DNA of 64,000 nucleotides from a candidate division FCPU426 bacterium (GCA_963719085.1 CAVRAL010000001.1:800001-864000), one strand, 5' to 3'; shown: positions 1 through 10,463, numbered from the stretch's first letter. Program-made: numbers and translations. The notes: generated by a model not told the origin, from the letters alone.

Positions 1-2
1 TG

Positions 3-770
3 GCGGGACTTTTCGCCGAAGGGACGACCCGGGTGACCGAGCCGGCGCAAAGCCGCGATCACACGGAACGCATGTTTCAGACTTTTGGAATTCCTTTAAA
101 GAAGCGCGGGTTGTCAATCATTCACGAAGGCCCGGCCAAACCCTTTCGGGCGCGGAAAATAAGCGTTCCCGGCGACATCTCGTCGGCGGCTTTTTTCATC
201 GTGGCGGCGTTGCTGGTCCCGAATTCGAAGCTCATTTTGAAAAACGTGGGCATGAATCCGTCCCGGACCGGTTTGATTGATGTTTTACTACGGATGGGCG
301 GGAGAATTAAAATTTTTTCCCAGAAAACCGGCTCTGGAACCGAGCCCATGGCGGATCTTTTAGTGGAGTCCTCCAAGCTGAAGGGTGTGGTGGTGGAAGG
401 CGATTGGGTCCCGCGCATGATCGATGAATTCCCGATTTTGGCGGTCGCGGCCACCCAGGCCGAGGGCCTGACCGTGATTCGCAACGCCGAGGATCTAAAG
501 GTGAAAGAATCGGATCGAATTCTAATGATGTCCATGACGCTTCAAAAAATGGGGGCGGATATCGAACCTCAATCCGATGGATGGATAATTAAGGGGAAAA
601 CCCCCTTGCGGGGAAGCCGGTTGTCCTCCGGGGGGGATCATCGGGTCGCCATGTCTTTGGCCGTTGCCGCCTTGATTGCGGTGGGCACTACGACTATTTT
701 AGACACGGAGAATATCAACACGTCGTTTCCGGGCTTCGAAAAATTGTTGAAGGGCGTTGTTCAAAAGTAA
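3..770 (+). CDS. aroA: 3-phosphoshikimate 1-carboxyvinyltransferase (EPSP synthase), 5' end truncated by the window edge
   Basis: Motifs SRDHTERM, VPGDISSAAFF, IDEFP, VKESDR and DHRVAM; the frame is open back to position 3. Confidence 0.97.
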   Translation, partial: AGLFAEGTTRVTEPAQSRDHTERMFQTFGIPLKKRGLSIIHEGPAKPFRARKISVPGDISSAAFFIVAALLVPNSKLILKNVGMNPSRTGLIDVLLRMGGRIKIFSQKTGSGTEPMADLLVESSKLKGVVVEGDWVPRMIDEFPILAVAATQAEGLTVIRNAEDLKVKESDRILMMSMTLQKMGADIEPQSDGWIIKGKTPLRGSRLSSGGDHRVAMSLAVAALIAVGTTTILDTENINTSFPGFEKLLKGVVQK

Positions 771-812
771 GGCAGGGTTGTCAATATTTCTTAATGATAG
801 AGAGAACGATCC

Positions 813-1508
813 ATGAGCGGAGTGATTATTGTGGCGATTGATGGGCCGGCCGGCGCGGGGAAAAGCACGGTGGCGAAGCGGTTGGCGAAAAAACTGGGGT
901 TTCTCCATATTGACACCGGGGCCATGTATCGGGCGGTGACGCTCTCGGCCCTTCGTCAAAAAGCCGATTTGAATAGTGACGTCGAGTTGGAGAAAATCGC
1001 GTTAAACTCCAAGATTGAGTTGAAGCCGGGCGATCCCGAGAATAAAGTTTTTTTAAATGGGGAAGACGTTTCCCAAGAAATTCGCACGCCCGAGGTGACT
1101 CGGGCTTCGGCCTATATCGCCAATTCGGTCCCGGTTCGCAAAATATTGGTGTCCCGCCAACAGCAGATGGGCCGGGTGGATAGCGCGCCTTATGGGGGCT
1201 CGGTGTTGGAAGGGCGTGATATCGGGACGGATGTTTTCCCGGACGCGCAATTTAAATTTTTTTTGGACGCTTCAGTGGAGACCAGATCCCAACGCCGTCT
1301 TTTGGAGTTGGAAAAAGCCGGCGTCGCCACGACGTTAGAAAAGGTCCAAGCGGAAGTCGCCGCGCGGGACGAACGGGACTACAACCGGCCGGTGGGCGGG
1401 CTCCGCAAAACGGCCGACTCCATTGTTTTGGATCATTCACACTTAAATGTGGATGAGTCGGCCGAGGAACTTTTCCAGTATGTTCAGAAAGCTAAAAATA
1501 AAAGTTAG
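813..1508 (+). CDS. cmk: Cytidylate kinase
   Basis: AIDGPAGAGKST P-loop, DTGAMYR, EGRDIGT; directly follows aroA. Confidence 0.97.
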   Translation: MSGVIIVAIDGPAGAGKSTVAKRLAKKLGFLHIDTGAMYRAVTLSALRQKADLNSDVELEKIALNSKIELKPGDPENKVFLNGEDVSQEIRTPEVTRASAYIANSVPVRKILVSRQQQMGRVDSAPYGGSVLEGRDIGTDVFPDAQFKFFLDASVETRSQRRLLELEKAGVATTLEKVQAEVAARDERDYNRPVGGLRKTADSIVLDHSHLNVDESAEELFQYVQKAKNKS

Positions 1509-1517
1509 GGTTGGTGA

Positions 1518-2558
1518 GTGATGTCCGAGGATTTTGAAGAAAGAGTCATGCCGACCATCAAACGCTCTTCCTGGGCCCGTTGGGGAACCATGACCTTGGC
1601 CTTTGTGGGGGTGCTTTCTTGGTATTTGTCCGACAATGTGATCGTGGGTGCGACTTCCGCGGCCGCGGCCCTGATCATCTTATTTTTTTCCTGGCGCGCC
1701 CTTTGGTTTCAAGCCCATATTTTATCCTTGAAGGAGCTTGAGCTTTTCCTCATGCGCAGCCGAATCCTGCCGCCCGAGTATAAATACTCAACGGTCAAAA
1801 ATTTGTCCCAGATACAAAAAGTCAAAAAAGATTTAATGGACTTAGGCTACGAGGGATTTAAAACCCATCAAAAAAAGCTGCAAGAAACCAAACACGTTTT
1901 GGATAAGTTCGTCGGAACCAAGGCCTCGCAATTCGCCAGTCAAACCGGGAACAAATCAGTTTGGGAAGGCCAGATTTCCAAAATTATCGTGCTTTTTTCC
2001 GACGTGCGGGGATTCACCTCGATGACGGAGAAGTTAAAACCCCAAGAAACGCTCCGCTATTTAAACCGCATGTTCTCGGAAATCGAGGAACACATCTTTT
2101 TGGCCGGCGGGGAAGTCAACAAATACATGGGGGACGCCATTTTGGCCTATTTTCCTTTTCCCGAGGAAAATCCCGGCCCTACGGTCAAAAAAGTGCTTCA
2201 GGCGGCGCTTCGCATGCAGGATAGTTTTCATGAGATGCAGAACAAGTTCAAGGACAGCTATAGCGAGATTGTGCACACCGGAATGGGCGTGGGGATCGCG
2301 GTGGGGGATGTCATTATGGGGAACCTGGGCTCCACCCGCCGGATGGAATTTACCTTGATCGGGGATACGGTGAATTTAGCCTCGCGCCTCTGTTCCATCG
2401 CCGAAGACGGCCAAATTCTTATCAATACGGACTTGGCCCATGTCGCCGCGGAGCAGTTTCGGATGGAAGCGCTGGATCCGGTTCGGATCAAGGGTAAATC
2501 GGGCACTTACACACCCTACGCGGTGACGGGTGAGCGGATTCAGCAGGGCCTGGCTTAA
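1518..2558 (+). CDS. Membrane-anchored class III adenylate/guanylate cyclase
   Basis: Two N-terminal hydrophobic helices; catalytic motifs FSDVRGFT, KYMGD, IGDTVNLASRL and IKGK. Confidence 0.9.
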   Translation: MMSEDFEERVMPTIKRSSWARWGTMTLAFVGVLSWYLSDNVIVGATSAAAALIILFFSWRALWFQAHILSLKELELFLMRSRILPPEYKYSTVKNLSQIQKVKKDLMDLGYEGFKTHQKKLQETKHVLDKFVGTKASQFASQTGNKSVWEGQISKIIVLFSDVRGFTSMTEKLKPQETLRYLNRMFSEIEEHIFLAGGEVNKYMGDAILAYFPFPEENPGPTVKKVLQAALRMQDSFHEMQNKFKDSYSEIVHTGMGVGIAVGDVIMGNLGSTRRMEFTLIGDTVNLASRLCSIAEDGQILINTDLAHVAAEQFRMEALDPVRIKGKSGTYTPYAVTGERIQQGLA

Positions 2559-2633
2559 AACTCGGGCCGGACGTTTTGAAAATCCTGTGGTTCGCGCGGT
2601 TGAAATTCTTTTAAAAACTCTTTGGGTGAATTC

Positions 2634-3041
2634 ATGGAAGAAAAAGTCGTCAAAACCGATGCCGAGTGGAAAAAAATCCTGACTCCGGAACAGTACGATG
2701 TTTTGCGCCGCCAGGGAACCGAACGGGCCTTTACCGGGAAATATTGGGACAACCATGAAAAGGGTCTTTATGTTTGCGCGGGCTGCGGATTGCCCCTGTT
2801 TACCTCGGCGACAAAATTTGACTCGGGAACCGGTTGGCCTAGTTTTTATCAACCGATTTACACCCAAAGCGTGGAAACCCGTGAGGATGTGTCGATGTTC
2901 ATGAAACGGGTGGAGGCTCGGTGTCCCCGTTGTTCGGGTCATCTGGGGCATGTCTTTGAGGATGGCCCGGAGCCCACCGGATTGCGCTACTGCATCAATT
3001 CGGCGTCCATTCTGTTTCAGTCCGCGGATGCCCGAAAATAA
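2634..3041 (+). CDS. msrB: Peptide-methionine (R)-S-oxide reductase
   Basis: [28 protein letters not shown] and RYCINS; ATG at 2634 chosen as start. Confidence 0.97.
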   Translation: MEEKVVKTDAEWKKILTPEQYDVLRRQGTERAFTGKYWDNHEKGLYVCAGCGLPLFTSATKFDSGTGWPSFYQPIYTQSVETREDVSMFMKRVEARCPRCSGHLGHVFEDGPEPTGLRYCINSASILFQSADARK

Positions 3042-3158
3042 ATCCGGGCGTCTTGGAGGCCCTCGCCCAGCCTTTTTTCCCGTTGGAGTCCCGAGGTGAC
3101 AACAAAGGCTTTTTTGATATGATGGCCCGGTTTTAGACTGGGATTTTAAAGGGGCGTC

Positions 3159-4862
3159 ATGCGGGATTGGGCGAAGCCGGCCACGACTTTATTGATGGCC
3201 CTCGTTTTGAGCTCGGCTTGTTTTTGTATTTATCTTTCCCATTTGGCCATCAACCACACTTACGACGGCATGGTTTTCGCCTCCCTCATTGAGCAGCCGC
3301 AAGTTTCTTTTTGGGAATTATTTCATCCCCATCATTTAATCTATAACTTTTTGGGCCGCCTGTTTTTTCTTTGGGGACACACCCACGGGGCGGATTGGGA
3401 CGGTCTGGAAGCCCTTCAATTTTTCGATCTTCTCACCGGCACCCTGGGCGTGTTGCTGGTCTTTCATCTCTTGGTCCGCCTGACCAGGGACCGATGGATC
3501 TCGTTTTTATCCGCGCTCGGGTTGTCTTTTACCTATAGTTATTGGTACTTTTCCACTTCCCCCGGGGTGCGCATTTTGGCGACCGTCACCCCGCTTTTGG
3601 CCTGGTACGTCTTTTCATACGTGAAAGATCGAGGTGTTTTTTACGGTTTGGTTTTAGGCCTGGCGCACACCTTGGCGGTTTTAGGACACCAAACCAACCT
3701 CCTTTTGGTTCCGGCTTTCCTGGGCGGGATTTGGTGTGTCCGCGAAAAAAGCAAAATGGAAAAGCTATGGATCAGTTTCTTTTACTTGGGGTCCCTCGCA
3801 GTGGGCGTGATAGGGGCTTACGCGTTTATTGGGCGTTTCTTATGTGAAAGAACCACCTACGCCGCTTGGGTTTGGTGGTTGATGTCCTACATGCACGTCA
3901 AGGAATGGGGAGGACACTTGGGACCGGCGGGTTTTGAGCGGGGAAAATTCGCGATGGTGTTTGCCTTTTTAGCCGGTGCTTACCCCACCAAGCCGCTGGG
4001 GGAGTTTTTGACCTTTGGATTCGCCAAGAGCATCTTTCAAAACGCCCTTTTATTCGTGCTGGGGGCCCTATTGATTCAAATTCGTTCTTTGTGGGAGAAA
4101 TACTCCTCAACGCTTTGGATTGGCTTGTTTTGGCTGCTGGCCTTTGTTCCTTTTTTTGTCTGGTGGGAACCTTGGAATATTGAGTTCTGGGTCTCCTCCA
4201 CCGTCCCTTGCTGGATTTTGATGGGAATCGTGGTTTCGGACCTGTCGTTGAAATTCACCAATCCGGTCCTTCAATACTCCAACCGATTTTTATTTATTTT
4301 TTTATGGGCCTGTTTAATCGGATTGCTTTTTCTCTATAACTTTGAGGGCCGGGCTCCCAAAAGCCCGGCTTCGTACGCCAATAAAACCCTTTTGACCGCC
4401 ATGGACCACTCGATGAAATCCCATGATCTTTTAATTTTAACGGGGCTGAACACGATCCCGTTTTACATCGACCGGTTTGATCATCGCCCCTATTTGAGCC
4501 TGCAGACCTATTTTAAAAAATACCGGCCGTCCACGGATGACGCCGACGCGGCACCGCAAGCGCCCGGCGATCCATGGCAAGATCTGGACACGCTTTTTCA
4601 AACCACTTGGAAAAACCACCACCGGGTTTGGGTTCTGGCCGAAGTGGTGGATCCACAGGATGGCTGGGGCTCGCGGTTGGAACAGATGGAAAAAATGCAG
4701 GATGGAAGTTTGAGGAATTTTTTTGATGGATACGATTTAAAACCCGCCCCCGATCAAGACCGGGCTTATTTTTATGAGGTTGTTCCAAAAGCGCCGGCGG
4801 GCACCGCGGCGGCCCCCTCGCCCACTCCCGCGTCGTCCCGCCAATCCGGTAAATCCCGATGA
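3159..4862 (+). CDS. Multi-pass membrane protein, GT-C-like glycosyltransferase candidate
   Basis: Many hydrophobic helices, an acidic TYDG loop after the first TM helix, an HPHHL motif and a soluble C-terminal domain. The family assignment is an inference from topology. Confidence 0.5.
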   Translation: MRDWAKPATTLLMALVLSSACFCIYLSHLAINHTYDGMVFASLIEQPQVSFWELFHPHHLIYNFLGRLFFLWGHTHGADWDGLEALQFFDLLTGTLGVLLVFHLLVRLTRDRWISFLSALGLSFTYSYWYFSTSPGVRILATVTPLLAWYVFSYVKDRGVFYGLVLGLAHTLAVLGHQTNLLLVPAFLGGIWCVREKSKMEKLWISFFYLGSLAVGVIGAYAFIGRFLCERTTYAAWVWWLMSYMHVKEWGGHLGPAGFERGKFAMVFAFLAGAYPTKPLGEFLTFGFAKSIFQNALLFVLGALLIQIRSLWEKYSSTLWIGLFWLLAFVPFFVWWEPWNIEFWVSSTVPCWILMGIVVSDLSLKFTNPVLQYSNRFLFIFLWACLIGLLFLYNFEGRAPKSPASYANKTLLTAMDHSMKSHDLLILTGLNTIPFYIDRFDHRPYLSLQTYFKKYRPSTDDADAAPQAPGDPWQDLDTLFQTTWKNHHRVWVLAEVVDPQDGWGSRLEQMEKMQDGSLRNFFDGYDLKPAPDQDRAYFYEVVPKAPAGTAAAPSPTPASSRQSGKSR

Positions 4863-7800
4863 GCGCTTCCACCCGATGGATCCTGATCGGATTTCTTTTG
4901 TGGGGTGGATGGGCGGGGGCGAACGCGTCCCTTGACGCCCAAGAGGATTCGATCGGTTTTCAACCCAACGCGACCCTCACGGTAGCGCCGGATTTGACGC
5001 CCAGCCCGACTGTTTCGGCGGCGGGGGAGCCCTCGGAGTCGCTGGGGCAAGACCGCCCTTGGTTGAACGATCTCTATTTGTGGAACGAATCCTATAACCT
5101 GGATAAGGGGGGGGTCTCCGCCCAAAAGGCTGGCGCCTATTGTGTGGGAAATGGGCATTCTTTCACATTGATTGGGTTGGAATCACCGCTTTGGGATTGG
5201 TCGAGTATTTATGGGGATTCTTATCAAGAGCCGGATCTGGGCCACTTTCAAATGGGGATTTCACGGGACGGCTCGGACGTGCGGCTGGCGCAGCAAAAAA
5301 TAGGATGGGTCCGCCGTTCCGGTGTGGTGAAGGTTCAAGCCCAAGGGAACGGACTGCTGGTGGAGTCTTATGACTTCGCGCCTTGCCAGTGGAATCGCAG
5401 TTGGGAAGACAATCCGCCGGCCTTGATCCGCGTGGTGCGTGTGGTCAACCAAGGCTCGGTGACTGAAAGCTCCTTGAGTCTTCATTTTAAAATCATTCCG
5501 GCTTGGAACGTGCAAGCCCAGTTCAAAACCGAAAAAAACGACTCGGTGATCATTCAAAAACCCACCCGGGCCAAACGAAGGACCTATTGGCGCCTGGCGG
5601 CTTTTGATGACCGGGGTTGTTCGGCTCAGCCCCGGTTATTGGATGATTCGCTCCCGCCGGTGGCTCCGGGCGGGGAAGTCTGGGCGGCTTACTTCCTCAT
5701 CTCCTCCGACAGCCCGGAAGAGGGAAAGGCCCTGGCGGCCCAACTACGCGCGCAAGGACCGGCCAGCCTTTTGGATGGAACCCGGGATTATTATCAAAAA
5801 TGGTTTCAATCGGGAACGGAATTTTCCGGAGCCCAGCGGATCACGGACCTCTTTGAAATTCAGTCCCTGATTTATAAAAGCGAGGAGTCCCATTCGGGCG
5901 GCTTTTCGCCCTTGATCGGTTATTCCTACACCTGGATCCGGGACAACAACGGGCCGATCCGCTGGTTTTTGAAAACCGGCCACGAAAAAGAGGCCAAGGG
6001 CGCCATTGATTTTTTTCATGGCGTGGCTTCCAGCATGGGTTCCTTGCCCAACAGCATCCGGGTGGACTATCCCTTGAGCTACCGTTTGCAGGATTTATCC
6101 GCCATTCATGTGGAACACGCGGAGACACCCAATTGGATTATTTTGCAGCATTGGTGGTATTACCTGGCCACGGGGGATTTGGGCACAATCCGTCAAAGGT
6201 GGCCCTATCTCAAACGCTGTTTGACCGGACAGGTTCAACAAGAGGGAAAATATTTTTTTCATCGCGACGAAACCTATCTTTGGTGTTTGGAATCACGCTG
6301 TTTCGACCATGAAACTTATCCCAATTACGATTTATCCACTTACGCCTTCGCGACGGACTCCAGTTTTGATTTCGTGGCGGCCGCGGACCGATTGGTTTAT
6401 TTGGGAAATCTTTTAGGCCTCTCCACCGTGGATATTAAAACCACGGCGGATTCGGTTCGGGACACCGCTGAAAAAACCTATTGGAACAAGGACAATCAAT
6501 ATTGGGCGCCCGCCCAGTCGCTCCTGGGGCCGCTTTATAACGCGCCTTACGCCAATATTTTAATCAATCCCTTCTGGTGCGGATACGCCCGCAACGATTT
6601 GGACCCTTTGGGCGAGACGCCGGACACGGAAGCGAAAGCCATCCAGGCGCTTTCAGCCGGTTATCAATGGCTGGGCAAAAGCGATGGATTTTGGAAGACC
6701 ACGCCGAACGTGGATTTTTTTGTCGGCATGAACCCGGGACAGCTTCTTTATGACCTTTGTAAAGCCCGCCTTCCTTGGGCCCAAAAGGCCTTCTCCAATG
6801 TTTTGGACATCGCCAGTCCTTCGGGGGATTTTTCCGAGATGTATGATGGAAAGTATTTGCCTTGGAATCCGCCGGCCTGGGGATTGGGGACCAGCGGACG
6901 GGTCCGCCCTTGGGAAGGGGGACTCAGTACGGAGTCGCTTTTTGAGTTCGTGACGGGATTCGCCCCGGACGCGGGTCGGGGCCGGGTCGTTTTCGCGCCG
7001 CATTTGCCGCCCCATGAAAATGAGTTCGCGGCGGAAAAATTACCGGTCAAGGATTGCAAGGTCTCTTTGGAAATGAGGCGGGTGAATTCCGACAGCTGGC
7101 AGGTTTTGACCCGATTGGATCAAGGGAGCTCGCTTCAAGTGGTCCTTGATTTTTGGCCCACGGACCGTTTGATCGCCGCCGTGGATATGCCCAACGGAGT
7201 GGACTGGCAAAAAACGGTCGATCAAACCCAGGGCGGCGAGGCCCGATTCCAGTTTAACTTGACGTCCGATCAACCCGAGACTTTTGTGGTTCATGAGGGG
7301 GCTTCGTTATCGGAGTCCGTCAAAAACCCGCCCGCGCCGGAAAAATTTAATCCCAAACCTTACTCAACGAACAATTCGGACATTCTATTGTTGACGACGC
7401 CCTCGGCGGTTTTTTCTTATCACGGCCACGTTTTGCCCGTTAACTTTTTAAAAGTGGGCCGGGAAGAGCTCGCTTTAATGAATCGTTTATCGCCTTCGGT
7501 TAGTTTTCTCGACTTGGATCTGCCGATTTCAACCCACGACGTGGCTTCCGCCTTATTGGATGAACAAGGCCATCCGAAAGTCAAACTGGCTGTCTGGGGC
7601 CGGGGGGCGCTGTCTTCCGGGAAACACGATTTTAAGCCGGATTCCTATTGGGAAGATGCCGAGATTGGAAACGCGGTTAAAAAATTCCTCGAGGCGGGCG
7701 GCAATGTGCTGATCGGCCCCTCTTACTTGGACCGGGAAGTCCAGCCTGCCTGGCTGGTGGATTTGACGAAGGGCGGCTGGGACGAGGGCGAGACGCCCGG

Positions 7801-8554
7801 GACGGCCGTCGCTTTGGGCCCGAAGGAAAAATCGCCGCTTAAATTCATGGATGAAATTGATGTCGCCAACGCCCAATCGGAAGCCGACCATCAGGTTCAA
7901 TCCGACGGATTGGTCTCCATGGACAAGGTGAGTTTGCCCGAATTGCCCCGCTTAACCAAAAGTGTGGAAGACGATGGGCGGAGTTTTAAGGGCTTTTACC
8001 AATTTACGGCCAAGACCGAGCCGGGCCTTCCGCATCGGGTTTGGGTCCGCGTGAATACGGGTAAAAATACCGCGGGAATGGCGTTGATGGTTCGAAAGGG
8101 AAGCGATTGGGTCCAAGCGGGCATTCGGACCAAAAATTCCGGGAACGGGACCAATTTTTTAACCTTCTATTTCGAGGTTCCTCAAGATCTGATTCAAGCG
8201 GATCAAACGGTCTTCCGCTTGGTCGACAAAAACACCGTGGAAATAAACGCCTATCATCTTTGGGTATTCCAATTGGCCTCGGAAGCGGAAGCCTCGCCGG
8301 CGGAGCTATTGGGTTTCCCGATCAACCAAACCGTGGGCCCAGTCGACCATGGATTGATTCCGAAGGGACCCTCCTGGGTCAAGCCCCTGGTCTTAAGTCA
8401 AAACCCTTCGGAAGCGGCGCTTTTAATGCAACGGATTGGGAAAGGCACCTTGATCCGAAGCCAGCTGAGCCTGGCGGATTCCTTAAGCTTGATGACGACT
8501 CTTTTGAACCCTTCGCCGGAAATGAGCGCGACGACCCCGGAGGCGAAGGAATGA
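4859..8554 (+). CDS. Large secreted protein with a putative (alpha/alpha)6 glycoside hydrolase domain (GH15/GH63-like) and additional C-terminal domains
   Basis: Signal peptide; YSYTWIRD resembles the WxRD motif of six-hairpin glycosidases; later FSEMY segment; ATGA overlap with the upstream gene. Confidence 0.55.
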   Translation: MSASTRWILIGFLLWGGWAGANASLDAQEDSIGFQPNATLTVAPDLTPSPTVSAAGEPSESLGQDRPWLNDLYLWNESYNLDKGGVSAQKAGAYCVGNGHSFTLIGLESPLWDWSSIYGDSYQEPDLGHFQMGISRDGSDVRLAQQKIGWVRRSGVVKVQAQGNGLLVESYDFAPCQWNRSWEDNPPALIRVVRVVNQGSVTESSLSLHFKIIPAWNVQAQFKTEKNDSVIIQKPTRAKRRTYWRLAAFDDRGCSAQPRLLDDSLPPVAPGGEVWAAYFLISSDSPEEGKALAAQLRAQGPASLLDGTRDYYQKWFQSGTEFSGAQRITDLFEIQSLIYKSEESHSGGFSPLIGYSYTWIRDNNGPIRWFLKTGHEKEAKGAIDFFHGVASSMGSLPNSIRVDYPLSYRLQDLSAIHVEHAETPNWIILQHWWYYLATGDLGTIRQRWPYLKRCLTGQVQQEGKYFFHRDETYLWCLESRCFDHETYPNYDLSTYAFATDSSFDFVAAADRLVYLGNLLGLSTVDIKTTADSVRDTAEKTYWNKDNQYWAPAQSLLGPLYNAPYANILINPFWCGYARNDLDPLGETPDTEAKAIQALSAGYQWLGKSDGFWKTTPNVDFFVGMNPGQLLYDLCKARLPWAQKAFSNVLDIASPSGDFSEMYDGKYLPWNPPAWGLGTSGRVRPWEGGLSTESLFEFVTGFAPDAGRGRVVFAPHLPPHENEFAAEKLPVKDCKVSLEMRRVNSDSWQVLTRLDQGSSLQVVLDFWPTDRLIAAVDMPNGVDWQKTVDQTQGGEARFQFNLTSDQPETFVVHEGASLSESVKNPPAPEKFNPKPYSTNNSDILLLTTPSAVFSYHGHVLPVNFLKVGREELALMNRLSPSVSFLDLDLPISTHDVASALLDEQGHPKVKLAVWGRGALSSGKHDFKPDSYWEDAEIGNAVKKFLEAGGNVLIGPSYLDREVQPAWLVDLTKGGWDEGETPGTAVALGPKEKSPLKFMDEIDVANAQSEADHQVQSDGLVSMDKVSLPELPRLTKSVEDDGRSFKGFYQFTAKTEPGLPHRVWVRVNTGKNTAGMALMVRKGSDWVQAGIRTKNSGNGTNFLTFYFEVPQDLIQADQTVFRLVDKNTVEINAYHLWVFQLASEAEASPAELLGFPINQTVGPVDHGLIPKGPSWVKPLVLSQNPSEAALLMQRIGKGTLIRSQLSLADSLSLMTTLLNPSPEMSATTPEAKE

Positions 8555-8614
8555 GTTTGGGCTTTTAAATTTTTGTTTTTATTTGCTAAAGTAATTGCGG
8601 ATTAGGAGGGCGGG

Positions 8615-9232
8615 TTGAAAACTTCGAAGCGGTTATTTCAAATTTCAAATGTTTTTGAAAAGGGCGGCGCGGTCCCCAAATCCGCGGAGACCCATCCGAT
8701 TCTCTCGATTTCCGAGACCCTGATGAAGGTCAAACCCACGATCTGGGTGGTGGGTTATGGTTATGTGATGGCGTTTGTTTTCTCATTTTTTGTCCACCGT
8801 TTTTTTCTCTGGTGCCCGCCTTATTTGCAGGAAATCGCTAAAAATTTGAGGGGACTCCCTTTTTCTTGGTTTCAGGTGATTCTTTACTGGATGGAGCGGG
8901 GCGTGATTGGAATCGCTTTTTTAAGCGCGATTTACCACAATGTCTGGAAGCTGGCGACGGTTTATAAATTGACGGATCACGATATCCAAATCGCCAATTG
9001 GTTTCCCATGCGCCATCTTCAAAGTATTCCCTATGGCGCGGTCAAGCGGCTGGGCTTTAAACAAAGTTTTTTGGGAGTGCTGTTGAATTACGGCCATGTG
9101 GAGATCGACACTGGGAGCGCCCAAGGGCCGATTCTTTTGGTCAATTGCCCTCAACCCAAAAAGTTTATGGAAACCCTTCAACATAAAGTCGAAGAAGTCC
9201 TACAGCCTCAATTGCTTCAAAATCGCTCGTAA
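8615..9232 (+). CDS. Membrane protein with bacterial PH-like domain
   Basis: Two TM segments followed by YKLTD...QSFLGVLLNYGHVEIDTG, typical of bPH-type domains; start codon uncertain. Confidence 0.65.
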   Translation: MKTSKRLFQISNVFEKGGAVPKSAETHPILSISETLMKVKPTIWVVGYGYVMAFVFSFFVHRFFLWCPPYLQEIAKNLRGLPFSWFQVILYWMERGVIGIAFLSAIYHNVWKLATVYKLTDHDIQIANWFPMRHLQSIPYGAVKRLGFKQSFLGVLLNYGHVEIDTGSAQGPILLVNCPQPKKFMETLQHKVEEVLQPQLLQNRS

Positions 9233-9254
9233 AACTTAAGGGGCGGCGGGGGGC

Positions 9255-9283
9255 TTGGCACTCGCCATTGAAAACCCTATAAT
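9255..9283 (+). promoter_or_regulatory. Sigma70-type promoter of the DAHP synthase gene
   Basis: TTGGCA-N17-TATAAT, ending about 40 nt upstream of ATG 9326. Confidence 0.65.
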
Positions 9284-9325
9284 TCAGCCCACGTTCCTCA
9301 CAAGATCCATCAAAAAGGTTCCCGC

Positions 9326-10447
9326 ATGCCAACTCAAGCCGCTAAAAAAATAAAAAAACAAAAATTCCTGAAAATCGGCGGGGTCACGCTTCGAACCAAG
9401 GCGCAAGATACCCATGTGGCCGAATCCCAAATCCTCATTTCGCCCAAAAAGGTGAAGTCCAAACTTCCGGGGAATAAAAAAGCCTATGAGACGGTTTTAA
9501 AAGGGCGCCGTGAGATCGAGGCCATTTTGGACCATAAGGACCGTCGTTTATTCGTGGTGGTGGGGCCCTGTTCCATTCACGATCCGCAAGCCGCGTATGA
9601 GTACGCTACCCGGTTGAAAAAATTGGCCGGTATGGTGAAATCAACCCTGCTTTTAGTGATGCGGGTTTATTTTGAAAAGCCCCGCACCACCATCGGTTGG
9701 AAGGGTTTGATCAACGATCCGGACATGAACGATTCTTTTCATATTGAGAAGGGAATTCTATTGGCCCGGCGGCTGCTTTTGAAATTCAATGAAATGGGCC
9801 TTCCGACTTCCACGGAGGCTTTGGATCCGATTATCCCGCAATATATCGCCGATCTCATCACCTGGTCGGCCATCGGGGCGAGGACCACCGAGTCCCAAAC
9901 CCATCGGGAAATGGCCAGCGGACTCTCGATGCCGGTGGGTTTCAAAAACGCCACCGACGGCAGCATTCAAGTGGCGCTCAACGGCATCAAAGCGGCGCGC
10001 ACGTCCCATCATTTTTTAGGGATCGATCAAAACGGCAAAACCGCCGTCTTTCGAACCACGGGGAATCCTTACGCCCATATCGTGTTGCGGGGCGGAGCCA
10101 AGCCCAATTACGATCCTCAATCGATTAAAGCCTGCGAGACGGCTTTGGCGCAGGAAGGGCTTCCGAATAATATTGTGGTCGATTGCAGCCATGGCAACTC
10201 GAATAAGGATTATCGTCAGCAGCCCCTGGTTTTCGACCAAGTATTGGATCAAGTGATCGAAGGGAATCAATCCATCATGGGCTATATGGTGGAAAGCAAT
10301 ATTCACGAGGGCAACCAGCCTTTGGTGAAGGATCTCGGAAAATTAAAATACGGAGTGTCCATTACGGACGCTTGTATTAATTGGGAAACGACCGAGGAAT
10401 TGATTTTGAAGGCCCATGGCCGTCTGAAAAAGGCTTGGAATCGTTAA
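9326..10447 (+). CDS. aroG: 3-deoxy-7-phosphoheptulonate (DAHP) synthase, class I-alpha (AroG/AroF type)
   Basis: GPCSIHD, RVYFEKPRTTIGWKG, IGARTTESQTHRE, DCSHGNS and YGVSITDAC. Confidence 0.95.
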   Translation: MPTQAAKKIKKQKFLKIGGVTLRTKAQDTHVAESQILISPKKVKSKLPGNKKAYETVLKGRREIEAILDHKDRRLFVVVGPCSIHDPQAAYEYATRLKKLAGMVKSTLLLVMRVYFEKPRTTIGWKGLINDPDMNDSFHIEKGILLARRLLLKFNEMGLPTSTEALDPIIPQYIADLITWSAIGARTTESQTHREMASGLSMPVGFKNATDGSIQVALNGIKAARTSHHFLGIDQNGKTAVFRTTGNPYAHIVLRGGAKPNYDPQSIKACETALAQEGLPNNIVVDCSHGNSNKDYRQQPLVFDQVLDQVIEGNQSIMGYMVESNIHEGNQPLVKDLGKLKYGVSITDACINWETTEELILKAHGRLKKAWNR

Positions 10448-10463
10448 GCGACCGGAAACCAGC

